Assembly: GCA_030704615.1 (NCBI GenBank)
Contig: CM060731.1
Location: 9,424,001-9,488,000 of the forward strand
Direction: 5' to 3'
DNA length: 64,000 nt
Origin: Takakia lepidozioides
Lineage: Eukaryota > Plantae > Bryophyta
Made by a program: the position numbers and the translations under genes. Positions 11,200-24,346 of the stretch are shown here, piece by piece. The notes beneath the pieces were generated by a model. The model ran no database searches. It saw only the letters and a program-made list of their open reading frames with translations, and had not been told where the DNA came from. Position 1 is the first letter of the stretch. Each line of letters opens with the position of its first letter.

Positions 11200-12830
11200 T
11201 TACAGCACGGAGCAGAGCTGGCATGAGTTTCTTAAAGATCCTTCACGATGGTGGGACAACCGCAATCGCAAGGTGTGGCTTTTTCTTAATGTACGATGTG
11301 AAGAAGTTTGTCCATCTTGCAAATGTGGGTTGTTGGCTCCTGTTAGTACCATGATTTGGTATTCTTCCTGATGTTTACAAGGTTCTTGGGAGAGTTAGCT
11401 TGGTCTTAGCAGGCCGTGTTTCAATCTCTGCCCACTCAGCTGCACCGTGGTGGTTCTCACTGACCAATCCGACATTACCTAACTACAGACACAAGCAACA
11501 CACACAAGAGGTCCTCTTGGGTTCATGGTCAGTCAAATCCTCCATGGGTCATGACACGAGGTCGAGGACAATGTGGTGAGGGCACCTTCTTCTTCGGGCT
11601 CCTGTTAGTACCATGATTTGGTATTCTTCCTGATGTTTCAAGGTTCTTGGGAGAGTCAGCTTGGTCTTAGCAGACTGTGTTTCAATCTTTGCCTGCTCAT
11701 CTGCACCATGTTGGTTCTCACAGACCAATCCGACATTACTTGACTACAAGACACAAGGAGCACACACAAGAGGTCCTTTTGGGTTGATGGTCTATGGGTT
11801 CTTCTTTGACCTATTTCAGCCTGTTTTTCCCTCTCATCAGACTCGGCCCTGAGATGCATATTGAATTATATGAGTTAGCTCGTTGCTCATTGATAAGTAG
11901 GGTCGGGGGTGTTTGCTGGAATGATTGCTGTATGCATGATTTTGTGCAGAGGCATAGATAGCCGAAGGAGCAGGGATAGAGTGTGGAAGAGGGCCAGATT
12001 TCAAGCTCCAGATTATCTATGATTCCATGTGGAAGGATAGATACAAGAAACCTGCATGGGTAGATGGTGAATTGGAAGCCGCAGATGTAGCGGCACAATT
12101 GATAAAATCAGGCACTGCTAATAAAGGCACCTTCTTCAACACATTTCACCCTGTTTTTCCCTCTTATCAAAACCGGCCCTAAATATCAATGTCTGCAAGT
12201 TAGCTGGTTGAGTGAATCTAGTTTGGAGTGACTTTGACATGATATTGCCAATGTGACAACAAGAAAATATCGAAAAACAGTTAACGGAGATGAGGGGAAG
12301 CTGTGGAATGAATACTTTTCTGACCCCAGTCAATGGTGGGACAACCGAGGCAAAAAGGTAAATGCCTGTTGGATTACAGTGAGTAGCAGATGCAATTGAG
12401 AATAAGAACTAGTGTGATAAGTTGAGTTGGGTGTTTGCTGGAACAAATGTAGGCTGTCATTGTCAGCTGTTAACTGCAATGCAAGGATATATACATGATC
12501 TGTGCAGAGGCATGGATAGCTGAAGGAGCAAGGATACAGTGTGGGTCCAGATCATCCAAGAGAGCCAGATTTCAAGCTCCACATTACCAATGATTCCCTG
12601 TGGAAGGATAGCTACAAGAGACCTGCATGGGTAGATGGTCATGGGTAGATGGTAGATAGTTTGGAGTGACCATGATACTGCCAAAGTGACAATAGGAAAG
12701 TATCCATAAACAGGTAACAGAGATGAGGAGAAGCTGTGGAATGAACTTTTCTGACCCCAGTCAATAGTGGGACAACAGAGGCAAAAAGGTGAATGCCTGT
12801 TAGATTACAGAGAGTAGTAGACGCAATTCA
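11200..12830 (+). pseudogene. Scrambled cluster of OSB-type PDF-motif exons
   Basis: WHEFLKDPSRWWDNRNRK|gt (~11218-11271); TNPTLP.YRHK..WVHGQSNPPWV (~11463-11555); GPDFKLQI (~11990, ~12565); KLWNEYFSDPSQWWDNRGKK|gt (~12298-12357). DNA is homologous to 61560-64000. Confidence 0.8.
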
Positions 12831-12959
12831 GCATAGGCACTAAGGCAAACTCTCCTTCCCCGTAAGTGTGTGTTTTGGTATCTGAGCGAATAAATATGTT
12901 ATCTAAGAATATCATTTCAAAATTCGTTATTTAATAATGTGCCACTGGGTTGGTCAAAA

Positions 12960-13048
12960 GTAATAATAATAATAATTATTATTATTATTATCGTAATTAT
13001 AATAACAATAAATTTAATCCCCACCCCCCCCCCCCCCCCCCCCCCCCC
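12960..13048. repeat. (TAA)n/(TTA)n self-complementary microsatellite followed by a poly-C tract
   Basis: Read directly from the sequence. Confidence 0.9.
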
Positions 13049-13416
13049 GCGACGCGTGTCAATTGATATGAGGAACCACGTGTCAAAATCGCAATGCGAC
13101 ACGTGCTGACGTTTGATTCCCTCCTCTGTAGTTGGGATGGCGTCGCAGTCTGACACGTGGCGTGTTCTGTAGAGAGCACGTGTCTCTCTTACACAGCGGC
13201 TGACATGGACCCGTTCAGTCATTCAGTAGAGCCAGCGTGTATGACTACCCCCACAGCTGCTCAGGCGCCACGTCACAGCCACGCTGGCGAGTCATATCTG
13301 CCATGCCACAACTGACTAGGGTTTTACGACTGTAGAGTCATGAAGTCGTAAATGGCTTTCATAACTGCATTTGCAGTCATAACATAAAGTCGTAAAAGCC
13401 GCAATCTGTTGTAGTG
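13049..13416 (+). repeat. TIR-like inverted repeat block upstream of the transposase
   Basis: Inverted partner of 8921-9262; rich in AGTCRTAA/TTAYGACT and CACGTG motifs. Confidence 0.6.
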
Positions 13417-13949
13417 GTATGTTGTACTGTCTACCCAGCGGTTTGCAATTCGCCGTCACCGTCGCAATGCGGTCATTCGGTATAAAAGTTTGTGTCGGCA
13501 ATGGTGATGTGTTGCACATATTCGTGTGAGGTGTCCCCCGGAGTGTCAGTGTTTGTGTTGTGCTCTTCTGGCACAACACAACCTCATTAGATTCGGGGTT
13601 TCCTGTTTACTGGTCTCCAGGGTCGTTGCCATCTTTCCATAATGGATGGTTTCATGTCATGTTGAGGGTTTGTTTTTCATCCAAATACAGCACGGCTTCT
13701 TGTGGCTTCTTGTCTTTGAAAACAATTTTTCTGGTTGGTGTCTCCCAGTGTGGCAGACTACGAAGTTCGGTGGAGACTTTCGCCGTGCATGTCATTTTTA
13801 CGTCCGTTGAATGCATCGCCCGCAGTTTTTGGGTCAGTGCTACCCTTACTCACCTCAGTTCGTTTGGGGTGGATCCCTTTTCGGGAATTGCGGGCTATCA
13901 GTTCGGGGGACCCTTTGTGGATCGCAACTTTGGGTCAGTTTAGGAAAAC

Positions 13950-16900
13950 ATGTCCAGGGAAGGAGATAGAGTCGCTCGATTTCATTCCAATGCAGATAGT
14001 TTTCCACTGACTGCCACTGCAGATGACGATGGGTTTGTAGTTGTTCATGAGGATGAGCTGGTTATAGTGTTCCCTCTGGAATTGGGTTCTCTACTTGTTC
14101 AAAAAGAGGTGTATGACGAGGATGGGAATTTGGATTCTGGGCACCTGGAGAGACCATTGGTTGGCGGGTGTGGAAGGAAGTGGAGAGTCCTTCCAGGCAC
14201 ATACCGCGTCCTTGGAAAAGAGAGAAGACAATCAGCAGGATCAGTACTTACCCCTGGCACTGCAGCATCGGTCGTGCAACAGAAGGACCCAGTTCATGTG
14301 AAACAAGAGGTGAGCACATCCACCACATTCGTGACTCTTTCAGACTCGTCCTCGGAGGATGTTTCTGAGATCCCTCCGCCAGTGCAGACTCCATTCTTGG
14401 ATAATGACGAATTGCAGGAGATAACGAGTGTCATTCCGAAATTGAAAGCCCTCGCCGGGGTGCCTGGGTGCAAGAGCGAGCTGCGTTTTGTTGATTGGGA
14501 GTCCCTTCGGGTGCAGCGGGTTCAATATGTGCCAGCAGAGTTTGATGGGGACATCTTGTTTGAGCTCAACCCTCCCACGTCTTCCAGTGGACTAGCTGGG
14601 CTTCTGCAGGGCATGGACGAGAAACATGACGGACACCCTTGGTGCAAGACAAAAACATCGAACATCCACAACGACATTGGATTGAAATTTCGAAGGTCGG
14701 TTTGCGTTGGGCATTGTAAGTGCGTGAATATTTCTTGCCCTCGCCTGAGAAACAACACTAAACCAAACGAAAGTGAGTGGGAAGGTGTGCCCCTGAATCC
14801 TTTCACCCCAGGGATTGCCCCTCCCAAGACCAATACTTTTGTGTGCAGGTTCTGCAAACTTTCCCCGTCCTGTGTTTCTGTGTACCACACTCGTATGTAC
14901 CAGGTGGCACACCGATGCAAGACAATGACTCATGCCTGCATTCATATGGGTACACCCGAGCATCTTGTGTCAAAAGAAAGTTGCAGGGATAGCGTGGACA
15001 TCGCTAGAAATCTGCTGAAGCAGGAGTTCCACAATGCCCCTTGTGCAACACCTTCTGCTATAGCGCTTGCAGCTAGCAAGGCATTCCTGGAAAAACACAT
15101 ACTGGGTGAAGGGGATGCGACACAACCAATGCTGGATGCAGATTCGCTTGATGCAGTGATGGACCATTTCTCCGTGTTGAGCTCTCCCAATATTCGAAAC
15201 CAGGTGAATGCACTCAGAATGGGCATAGGCAGTGCTGGATTCATGGACAACATTATAGACCTCAAACGGAGGAGTCGTTATGAATTCATTCAAAATAGTA
15301 TCTTCCCAGGCCAGGGCTCGTCCAAGGGGTATTTGTTCAAGATGTCCACAGTGGGCGAAGGCAGTGGTGTGAGCATAGTCCGCCGAATGCAACCTGGAGG
15401 AGATTTGGCTAAATGTTGGTTAATGTTACATCACTTCAAACGGGTGAAACCATGGCGTGCCATGTGTACGATCCAGCATACCAGCGTGTACTCTCCATAG
15501 CAATTTGTGATATGCAGTCGGAGGACACTGAATCCCAGATGCTCATGTGGTTCGCTCCTGGCCGTCATGTAGCGCAATGGAATACTGAACACAAATTTTG
15601 CGGGCTTCATGGCTGATAGACACAGACAAATTTCAATGCAGTGCGGCGTGTGTTTGGTTCGAGGGATCCTAAGGTCCCAATGGAAAATAGGGAGCGCACA
15701 TGTCTCTTCCATTGGAGTCAATCTCTGGCACGTCATACAAAGCGCTGCATTCGCCCTGACCTCCAGTTGGAGCACAGAAGGCTCTGCCTCAAGTACAAAA
15801 ATGCCACCTCAATGGGAGAAGCTGAGAGCACTTACCAAGCAATCCGGGCTTGGTGGTTCTCCTCTGGTGCTGCTATTGGTTTTCTGGCACTTCAGGTACA
15901 GACAGTGGGGAGCTTTCATGACGACGATAAGCCTCTTCAATCCCAGAAACACAAATTTCACTTTGCATCGTGCCTGTTCGTTTGGGGTTGTTGGATTGTC
16001 ACTTGCAGAACCTCTTCCATTTCCTTTCGTTCCTCACATTTGCATGCAATGCCTCATGCAGGACATGTCCTTGGAGGACTTGGCCGACATGCCATCCTGT
16101 AATTTGGCGGAGACTGTTCACAACGGATGCAGCAGTCTACCAAAGCAGGACGTGACTTGTATGTGGCCACTGTTGATGACATGGTGTGGGCACTTACACA
16201 ACAAACCAGGTACCGCAATTTTCTAATGGGACGGGGCGGAGGCAAGGGCCCTGATACGACTTTGTTGATGCTAAGGGCTACGAGTAGGTCTAGAGACCCA
16301 TCTAAGATGGCCAGAGCTCTGAACAGGTGCACTGAAGGCTCCCCTTTGCAATCCAGGGTCCCCCATTTGGAAGACGAGGAAAGATTTGGATCATGCAAAA
16401 GGAAATTGAACACTCCTCCAGGTTTGGATGGAGATTCCCATCGGCCGGACAGGGTCAATTTCTTTGTACCAAAGGAGTCTCCGGTGCAGACTAAGTCGTG
16501 TGCCCGCCCCTTCCCAGGTGGGTCCTCTTCCAGTGGAGCAGGTGCAGATCATGCAAGCACATCAGCAGAAATCCCATTGGAGGAGGTGGTGTCCTTGGTG
16601 CATGAATCTGATTGCATTGACAGTGAGTGGCATATAGAACGCACCCCACCAGGATCTAGAGTGGCTTGCATGGCAATTCGGACCCCCTCTTTCAAGAAAT
16701 GCAAATAAAAAATATGCAAAGGCTCCAGGGGGACTCCAGCTCCAACATTCACAGGGTTGTTCCGACCTTATCATAGTGGGGAGTCAAATGACCACAAGTT
16801 CTGGTTCTGCCCAGACGATATGGCACGATGCGTCAAGGGAACAGTTCATCCTTCGGTGATAATGAAGCCCCCCTCTCCCCCCAATTTGGCCTGTGAAACT

Positions 16901-17464
16901 TGGGACGTCGATGTCATCAACCGAGATAAGCATGCTGGAGGAGGGAGGGTTCCGTCTTGCACGGTCCCGGGTGGTGCCCTCATGCACTGTGGGCACAGAT
17001 GTGCCACATGCTCCGGCAATGCCTCCACCCGGTGCCGACTCCCACCCAACAAAAAGAGATGGAAAAATAGTGCGCCGTGTCGCTTCGGGTGCAGATCACG
17101 ACTGCAAGATGGAATCGGCTAGAATTTTGCAGGCTCGGGTGACTCGTATCACCGAAGTCCCTGGTATGGACGGATTTACACAGTGCTGTCTATTGGCTCA
17201 GTTCTTCATGACAAAGAATATCCGGTTACCGTGGGGAATTTCCCTACGTGCACTTGTCCGGATTTTGTAACGATGCGTGAGGGCGCTCTCGGCATGAGAG
17301 GGAAGTGGCCCCCCTGCAAGCATCAATATTATATATACCTTGTAATTATGTGCTGCGACGGTAAGAGAGACCAATTCATTCACCAAGCCACACTAGGCTA
17401 CAGAGAAGTCATCACCCTTCTGCAGCGGGACACCTCACGTAGGGCTCCGCCAGATTCTCTTTGA
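13950..17464 (+). mobile_element. Mutator-like (MULE) DDE transposase pseudogene with N-terminal GCM/WRKY-like Zn domain and C-terminal SWIM finger
   Basis: DGHPW..CVGHCKCVNISCP..CRFC; across frameshifts TMACHVYD, GFMAD, ERTCLFHW (CxxH), CNLAETVH; SWIM FPTCTCPDF..PPCKH. Several frameshifts and stops; the intron ~15927-16061 has a mutated donor (ATAAGC). Confidence 0.8.
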
Positions 17465-17839
17465 ACACATACGAGCCATGCCCACTTCCCATGCTGGTTT
17501 CCAGGTTATAAAACTTTGCATTTAGGACAAACACATACATTTCGTTCACGGAACCAAGGAAAATACACATGCCATTCATTGTAAACGTCTATCTGTGAAT
17601 TGAAATAAAGTGTGTCAATCATTCTGAGCTCAAATCTGCCATATTTTTATATTCCTCTTTTTGTGCAGGCATTGCAGACATGGTGCATGGTGGCCCCCTT
17701 TGTTTTGTCCACGGTAATAGGCCCTCTTCCTGCAATCCTCGCCTATAGGACCTGCTTCTCCAGCAGATTTGTGCCGCTCACGCTTTGCTGCTACAACGTG
17801 AGCTCAGCTCCCAGGCTCACGGGGCTGGGCTAACGCCGT

Positions 17840-19352
17840 AGCTACGCTGCACCCCTCCTCATCGAGGGTTTTAACGGCACCAAGCACCAGGGGCTGGGCC
17901 CCGTGGTTTGGAAGATCTCAACGACGCTACAAAACAAAACAAACGTCTCACTTCATATATTGACTAGGGTAGCATGTGTGCCGTTGGCCCATGTGTCAAG
18001 CGTCATCTAAGCCCAAGTGCAATCTCATATGTATATAAGTGCGTCTCCTATGTCGAGGCCCAAACCGACCTCTAGGGTAGCTTGTGTTGTTGGCCCATGT
18101 GTGAATAATTGAAATCTAAGACCAAGTGCAATTTCCTATGTATCCTAGTCCGTCTCCTATGTCGAGGCCCATCTAAGCCCAAGTGCAATCTTTTGTGTAT
18201 CCAAGTGCATCTCCCGTGTTCAAGTGTCCACTGTCATTTAAGCCCAAGTGCAATTTCCTATGTATCCAAGTTCTTCTCTTATGTATCTAATGACATCTCC
18301 CACGTGCGTCTCCTATGTCGAGGCCATCTAAGCCCAATGTGCAATCTTTAATGTATCCAAGTGCATCTCCACTGTAGATGCCCAAGTGTCCACTGTCATT
18401 TAAGACCAAGTGCAATTTTCTTATGTATCCCAGTGCGTCTCCTATGTTGAGGCCCATGTGCGACCTCTAGTGTAGCCTATGCCGTTGGCCCATATGTGAA
18501 AAATTGAAATCTAAGCCCAAGTGCAATCTTCTATTAATGTATCCAAGTGCATCTCCCATGTAGAGGCCCAAGTGTGACCTCCCGTGTCCACTGCATCCCC
18601 AATGTGTCAACTTTAGCTATTTTTGCAATCTCCCCTGTCGAGGCCTCATATATCGATATATCCACTTTGCTATTTTTTGTGAATTTCCAGCGACCAAAAG
18701 TACTTGAAATTCCAAATCTCCCACATGAAGGGCCGATCATTGCTCCAGGAAAGCCCACTTTGCTATTTCTCTCCAGTTTCCAACGACCCAAAATCTCCTA
18801 CACCGCTGGTCCAAAAATCATGAGACCAAGCCGGTGCACCCCTCCTCGCCGAGGGCTTTCCGACGACACCAAGCTCCCGCGCTGGGCCCCGCGGTTTGGG
18901 AGATCTCAACGACACTACCAAACAAAACAAAACAAAACAAATGTCTCGCTTCATATATTGACTAGGGTAGCCTGTGCCGTTGGCCCAATTGTCCACTGTC
19001 ATCTAAGTCCAAGTGCATCAATATATGAAGCAAGCCATATCCAATCATTTTTTTCCACAGAGCCTACCACCAGATTTGAACCAACCTTTCCCTTGATATC
19101 TCTCCAGTCGAGGCTCCAACCATTGTCCCACGAATGCCCACTTTGCCATTTTTCCTATTTTTTGTGAATTTCCAGCGACCAAAAGTACTTGGAATTCCAC
19201 ATCTCCCTCACCGCTTGTCCAAAAATCATGAGACCAAGCGAGACACCCCTCCTACCCCTCCTCACCGAGGACTTTCCAACGGCACCAAGCACCCGCGCTG
19301 GGCCCGCGGTTTGGGAGATCTCATCGTCGCTACAAAACAAAACAAAACAAAT
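17840..19352 (-). mobile_element. Head-to-tail tandem non-autonomous Helitron-like elements
   Basis: Minus-strand CTAG|TCAATATATGAAG junctions at 17963/17964 and 18961/18962 delimit a 998-bp unit. Extra 3'-end copies at ~18072 and ~18467; internal short repeats (ctaagcccaagtgcaat). Confidence 0.7.
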
Positions 19353-21670
19353 GCATGCAATTCATGCAAGCCCTGCCCTCTAGTAATTATGAATAGATAG
19401 TAAAAATCTGGAAGATCACACTTAATAAATATCGCGGTAACAGGATTTCAGCCCTGATTCACCCTGGTGGCATGCAGGGTAATATCCTCATAAGCATGCA
19501 CAAGAAGTTGAACTCCAGAGTTCAAGACCATGAAACTGTTCATCGAGGGGATGTCATTCTTAGAAATATGGACAGAATGTTTTGGTGGCAACTGTCTCGA
19601 TTGAATTGGAAGAGTAAATCGAAGAAAAAATAAAAGAAAGAAAAAGCAGTAAAGCGTCAAAAGCGGTTGAACCCTTTGCCTAGTCCTGCCTTGAGAAGGC
19701 AGGGCCAACAAACGTCTTGCTTCATGTATTGATAAGCCTAGTCCTAGCCGATGAGACCAACTAAAATCACACTGCCTCGTCCTGGAATGCTCTAGAACTA
19801 TGAGCAGGCCCACCCTTCTACTTCTATGCTACCCTCTACAGCTGCCCTCGTATTTCACCCATTCCAACAGGCATGCCCTCCATCCCCATTGGCCAGTCCA
19901 ATTTTCTCCCTTTTTTCGACCCTCAGGAACAGCCCTGCCAAGATTTGGGACCCTATATGTATTTCCGGTGCTGACTTCCTAGCGAAGGGGAGGGAGATAT
20001 AATGCTGCCTGCAATTCCTGACGGACAGCAACTATGCACAACCATTATAGACTACCCTCATGGAGGTAACTCCATGCAAATGGGTAGATATTTGCAGTAG
20101 GTCCCACAGTCTGTAGGCGTGGACGGTGCTGTAGAGATCTGCCATGCGGGCGCTGTGCTCTTGTAATGTTCTCCTGGAGATCTGCAACCATTGGTCGCAA
20201 AGGAGCAGGGGATCGACATCACACATCAGCTCGGAGAAGAGATGACGCCTTATATCAGGTCAGCAGATGAGGTGCTGTGACATTCTTCACCTCCCATGCT
20301 CTTCATGCTTGTTGCGTTTGCTTCTTTCTGCATCATTGGTGAGTTGCCCAGATGGGTTTGTTGTTGTGATTTCGCTCGTCGTCTTGCTAATTGATAACCC
20401 ACAGCTCGATTGTGAATGCAGAGTCTTGTCTGTGTCGCAGTGCCCATAACAATGTCCTGCCTTCGGGCAGCTTACATCCTCGGATTTGTGTCACATGTTC
20501 AGGTGGTGCATCTTACTGGCAGTAGCAGAATACTTTGACAAGCTCAGAATTTGGGGCACTCATTGGCCATTGAACATCAAGTTCGCTACGCCTTTCGTCA
20601 ACTCCTTTACAGTCATGGCTGCGTTGCCTGGATGCTTGCTTCAATGCCCACAACTGCGATGCTTCGCCATTGCCAACCCCTCTCAATCGGATTGCTTGAG
20701 GCCTTCTAGAGACCAGTTTTTCGCCAAGACACATATGCCCGTGGGAGCCACACCTTGCAGAGCCGCCTTTGAGAGGAACGGGAGCACTAATCCGCTGCAT
20801 TGCGCCGAGGACCTTACTCACACGCACACGGTTTGACTCTCTCTCTGTCTTTTTCCCACTCTCTCTAAGTTGGTGAGAGCGCACTCAGTTGATTGTAAGT
20901 GTGTCACTCTTTATCTTCCATTTGGGGACGCCGTGAGTTCTCTGTCCTTCTCTTCGAATTACACCTCGCGGATAACTGAATTCAATCACTCTGTCCAGGT
21001 GCTTCTGTGTTTGCTTGTGTCTCTCCATGTTTTCTGTCAGTCTTCGTCCCTCCCCCTTTCGCAGAAAACAATTTACTCTTTTCTCCGACCAACATATATA
21101 CCTTTGTCTGGTCTTTTAACCTCTCTTTCTTCCACACACACCTCTTTATTCCCATCTGCTCTTGTGACTCACATAAACTATTGGCCGCAGCTTTAATAGA
21201 AGAGTGCGTTCTAAATCCACCTTTCTACCTTAATTTTTTCTATGATCTTCTGCAGTTAGTATCTTTGATCCTCCGGGCGTTGCTTGTGGTGAAATCTGTG
21301 AAATCTGTAACTTAAAACATCTACGATTGGGTTATTGGAGGTATATGGGCATGTGATTCAGGTAAGCAACAAGTGGAGTCCATCTGGACTGAAATATCCG
21401 CTGTAATGTGTTTGTCAGCATCTTCATGGTCTTTCTGTCTTATTTCCTCCCCTCCTGCACAAGGTGGTGGGCGGATCAGCTAAGAGCCCACAATAATCAC
21501 ATCCATGGCTCCGCTATGATGCCTCTGCCTAATGGTAATTCGGAGGACAGCAGTCTTCTGAGGAAAATCTTTCACTGACACTGAAGTAGGTTCTTTTCCT
21601 GGCAGGTCTGGAAATGGTTTACTTAAGTCTGCAACTAGTGTACAACTAGACCACTTTTTTGTTGTTGCAG

Positions 21671-21783
21671 GTTTTCCAGGATGACTTCAATGGCATTGTT
21701 TGTTACCTCACCGAGACGGGTGAAATTACGTGTGAGGGGTTTGATGAGGGCCCTCACTTCCAACCTGAGCAACACCAGACAAG
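21671..21783 (+). pseudogene. Exon of a small conserved plant protein (motif GIVCY..GEITCEGFDEGP); upstream part appears broken
   Basis: AG/GT-bounded exon VFQDDFNGIVCYLTETGEITCEGFDEGPHF, recognised from memory as an uncharacterised plant protein motif; no clean upstream ORF. Confidence 0.4.
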
Positions 21784-24346
21784 GTACGGTCTCCTGCCAT
21801 TATGAGGATGCTCGTGCATAAGCGTAAGTGAAAGAAGATGAGTGCTTAACTGACAATGGTCGTTGTGATGCAAGCCTCCAGTTTAGGGTCATTCAGCCAT
21901 AAAGTCTCGCATGCTCAGTGAATACAGAAGCTCAAGTGGTTGTTGATGTTGGTTCTATAAGCCCTTTTAATTGGGGTTGGACTCCTATTGAACATCAGAT
22001 TCAGGCAACAAGCAGCTGTGACGTACCCAGGATTCTTATGTAGTTTTGTCACTGCTGTTGCGCAGGACTAAAGTTTCCAAGGGTCTTGATACAATTCTCT
22101 CCGCCCGTGTGATTCCTGGAGCTGAGCTGGGATACAAGTGCACAAGGGGGAGAATGGGAGAGATGGTTTGTGAAGGTAAAGATGAGAGTTAAAGGACCAA
22201 GTATGCATTTCCCGGATACCCTTTCTGATTCTGATAAGAATTGGGCTAGTTCTGTCCAGTTTCCTACATTTGGTGTTGCCTAGACATTTACAACAACATG
22301 GGACACTTGAGATGTCTTATCTTCTTGAGAGGGGCTGGGTTCCTGTCTGCTAGAAGGTTCACAAAGCCACCCAAACCTTTGGAGTCAATATATTGTCCTA
22401 TGCATGAATGTACAGTACCTCGCTGTACATTGAATGCTGTAACTAGTAAGAATCTCACTGTCTTGGCCAGATATTTGTGGTTAAGCTCTTGATATGGGCA
22501 AAGTCCTAATCTTGGAGTAACAGCTTAGTACAAAACTGGTTCTTGATATGGCAGAAGGTTGTTCAATTGCAGTAGTTTGTTAACACGGAAGTATGCTTAA
22601 ATATACCGTCCGCCCTGATGGATTCTGTGTGCTTGAACATGTTTACATGTCTAGTCTCTCTGTTGCTATGCCACTAAGACTCTGTTTGAACCTTCTTCAC
22701 TTAAATGATTGGTGAATTTTGAAAAGGCTATTGTAGATGTGACTACTGCAGCTTTGATTGCATCTAAACCCCCTTGCCCTCTGCCCAACCCTGTAAACCT
22801 AAATTTTTGTGATTATCGGAAGTGCTGTTATACTTTTGCGTGTCATAGAATGCCTACAAAACCATCCCTCATTCACAAACCACCATGTGTATGTGCCCAT
22901 CAATGTGCATGCAAATATCCGAAACTTAACAAGGCCACTTAACATGAAACAGACAAACTACATACATCAGAGGTATTCACTATGACCAGAAATAATGAGT
23001 TCTGTGCAAAACACAAGCCACCCTTTCCAACTCAGCAGAAGGTTTAGGAAAAGAGCTGCACCACATCAACAGGCATGGCGTCTGAAAGACCAGCTGCATC
23101 AGGTGTGGACAAGCCCCCACGTCATGCTCCACTGGATTCTTCTGTTCTTCCTCTGATGTGCTTTGTAACTCATCCACCTGCCAACCCAAACACCCACATG
23201 CTTTAACTAGAACCCCTGTGACAAATTCGACCATACAATTACTAGTTCCTCATTTGCTGGCAGTACACATATCCTGTTGGAGTTTTTCAGGCAAAGCCTT
23301 GTTGGCTGTTCCTGTGTACGTTGATAGCAGAGTTCCTGCAGGATGTGGGATGCCACTGCAATAACTTAATGTTGTTTGCTTTTGACTTCAACTATACTTC
23401 ACTCTTGTTCACTAGATGGGAACCAAAAACCCTAAATGCCTAAGCGGCCATCCAATGGCCTCATTGTTTCACTTCAACACAAAAGTTTTCGTTGGATTCT
23501 CAACGGATCCAAAGCTACAGCTGCAAATTGACTTATGCGGAGGATTCAGAGATCAATTGGAGACATAAGAGAAGTTCTCTCAGGAAAGGGAAATCCAAGG
23601 CTCAGTTGTCCTTTGAAGCTCCCAAGACAAAACGGGGGAGCTCATAATCTTAGCATTAGTGAGGTTTTATGCCGCATTTTCTTCTTCTCTTTCTTCAGAT
23701 CTTCCTTCAGTTTGAAGGCTTAGGCTGCTTCATTCTTTATTCTTGCAGGCTAGCACTAGTTTGTAGTGCTTTGGCTCTGCTGCTCCAAGCTTTGGAGCCC
23801 TCTCCTGTCTTTCTAGCCTTCTTTAGGGAAGTGTTTTGAAGCCTGTAGCATCTTGAATAGTCAACTCCACCTCTTCTCCCTTATCTCTTGGAACTGTTGG
23901 TTTGGAGTGGTACCTCTCTTCTCTGCCTTCATGGCCTATGTAAGGTTATTTTTTTCCTTACCTTATTAATAAATTTTCAGGGCTACAATCCAAATTGCTG
24001 TGGAGTGCTAATGACGGGGATGAGGTCGTGGAGTCAGTTCAGAAATTTCTCGAGAACCTTCGGAGTCAGCCCAAGGGTGACGAGGCTAGATGAAGGCTGG
24101 AGGTGAGGGTAACGTATATATATATGAGCAAGTCTCTCATCGTTCCAGACAGGAGGTGATAGATTCGAATTTTCCAAAGCACGAGCCACGAGGTCGGTCT
24201 TGTGCGGCCATTTCTCGTCTGTAATTAGGAGAGAGAGACTGCTGGACATAGAGACCGAGGGAAACTTTAGAGATCTCTCTTTCCTCCTCTTATGAGTTTG
24301 GGCTCAGGCCGAACGTGCCAGGGAGTCGACGGAGGCAGCTTCCACA

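Noticed and set aside
11226-11260. FLKILHDG read as the missing third OMT exon
   Set aside because: It is coincidental: the other frame gives the PDF motif DPSRWWDNR, the same DNA recurs at 63720 without OMT context, and no OMT sequence follows.
1-19352. One giant Helitron that captured everything between the two Helitron clusters
   Set aside because: Most enclosed fragments are antisense to the Helitron ends and each cluster has its own termini; this cannot be supported from the window.
19400-24300. Short ORFs suggesting genes or TE proteins
   Set aside because: No recognisable motifs apart from the exon at 21671; probably decayed TE or intergenic DNA.
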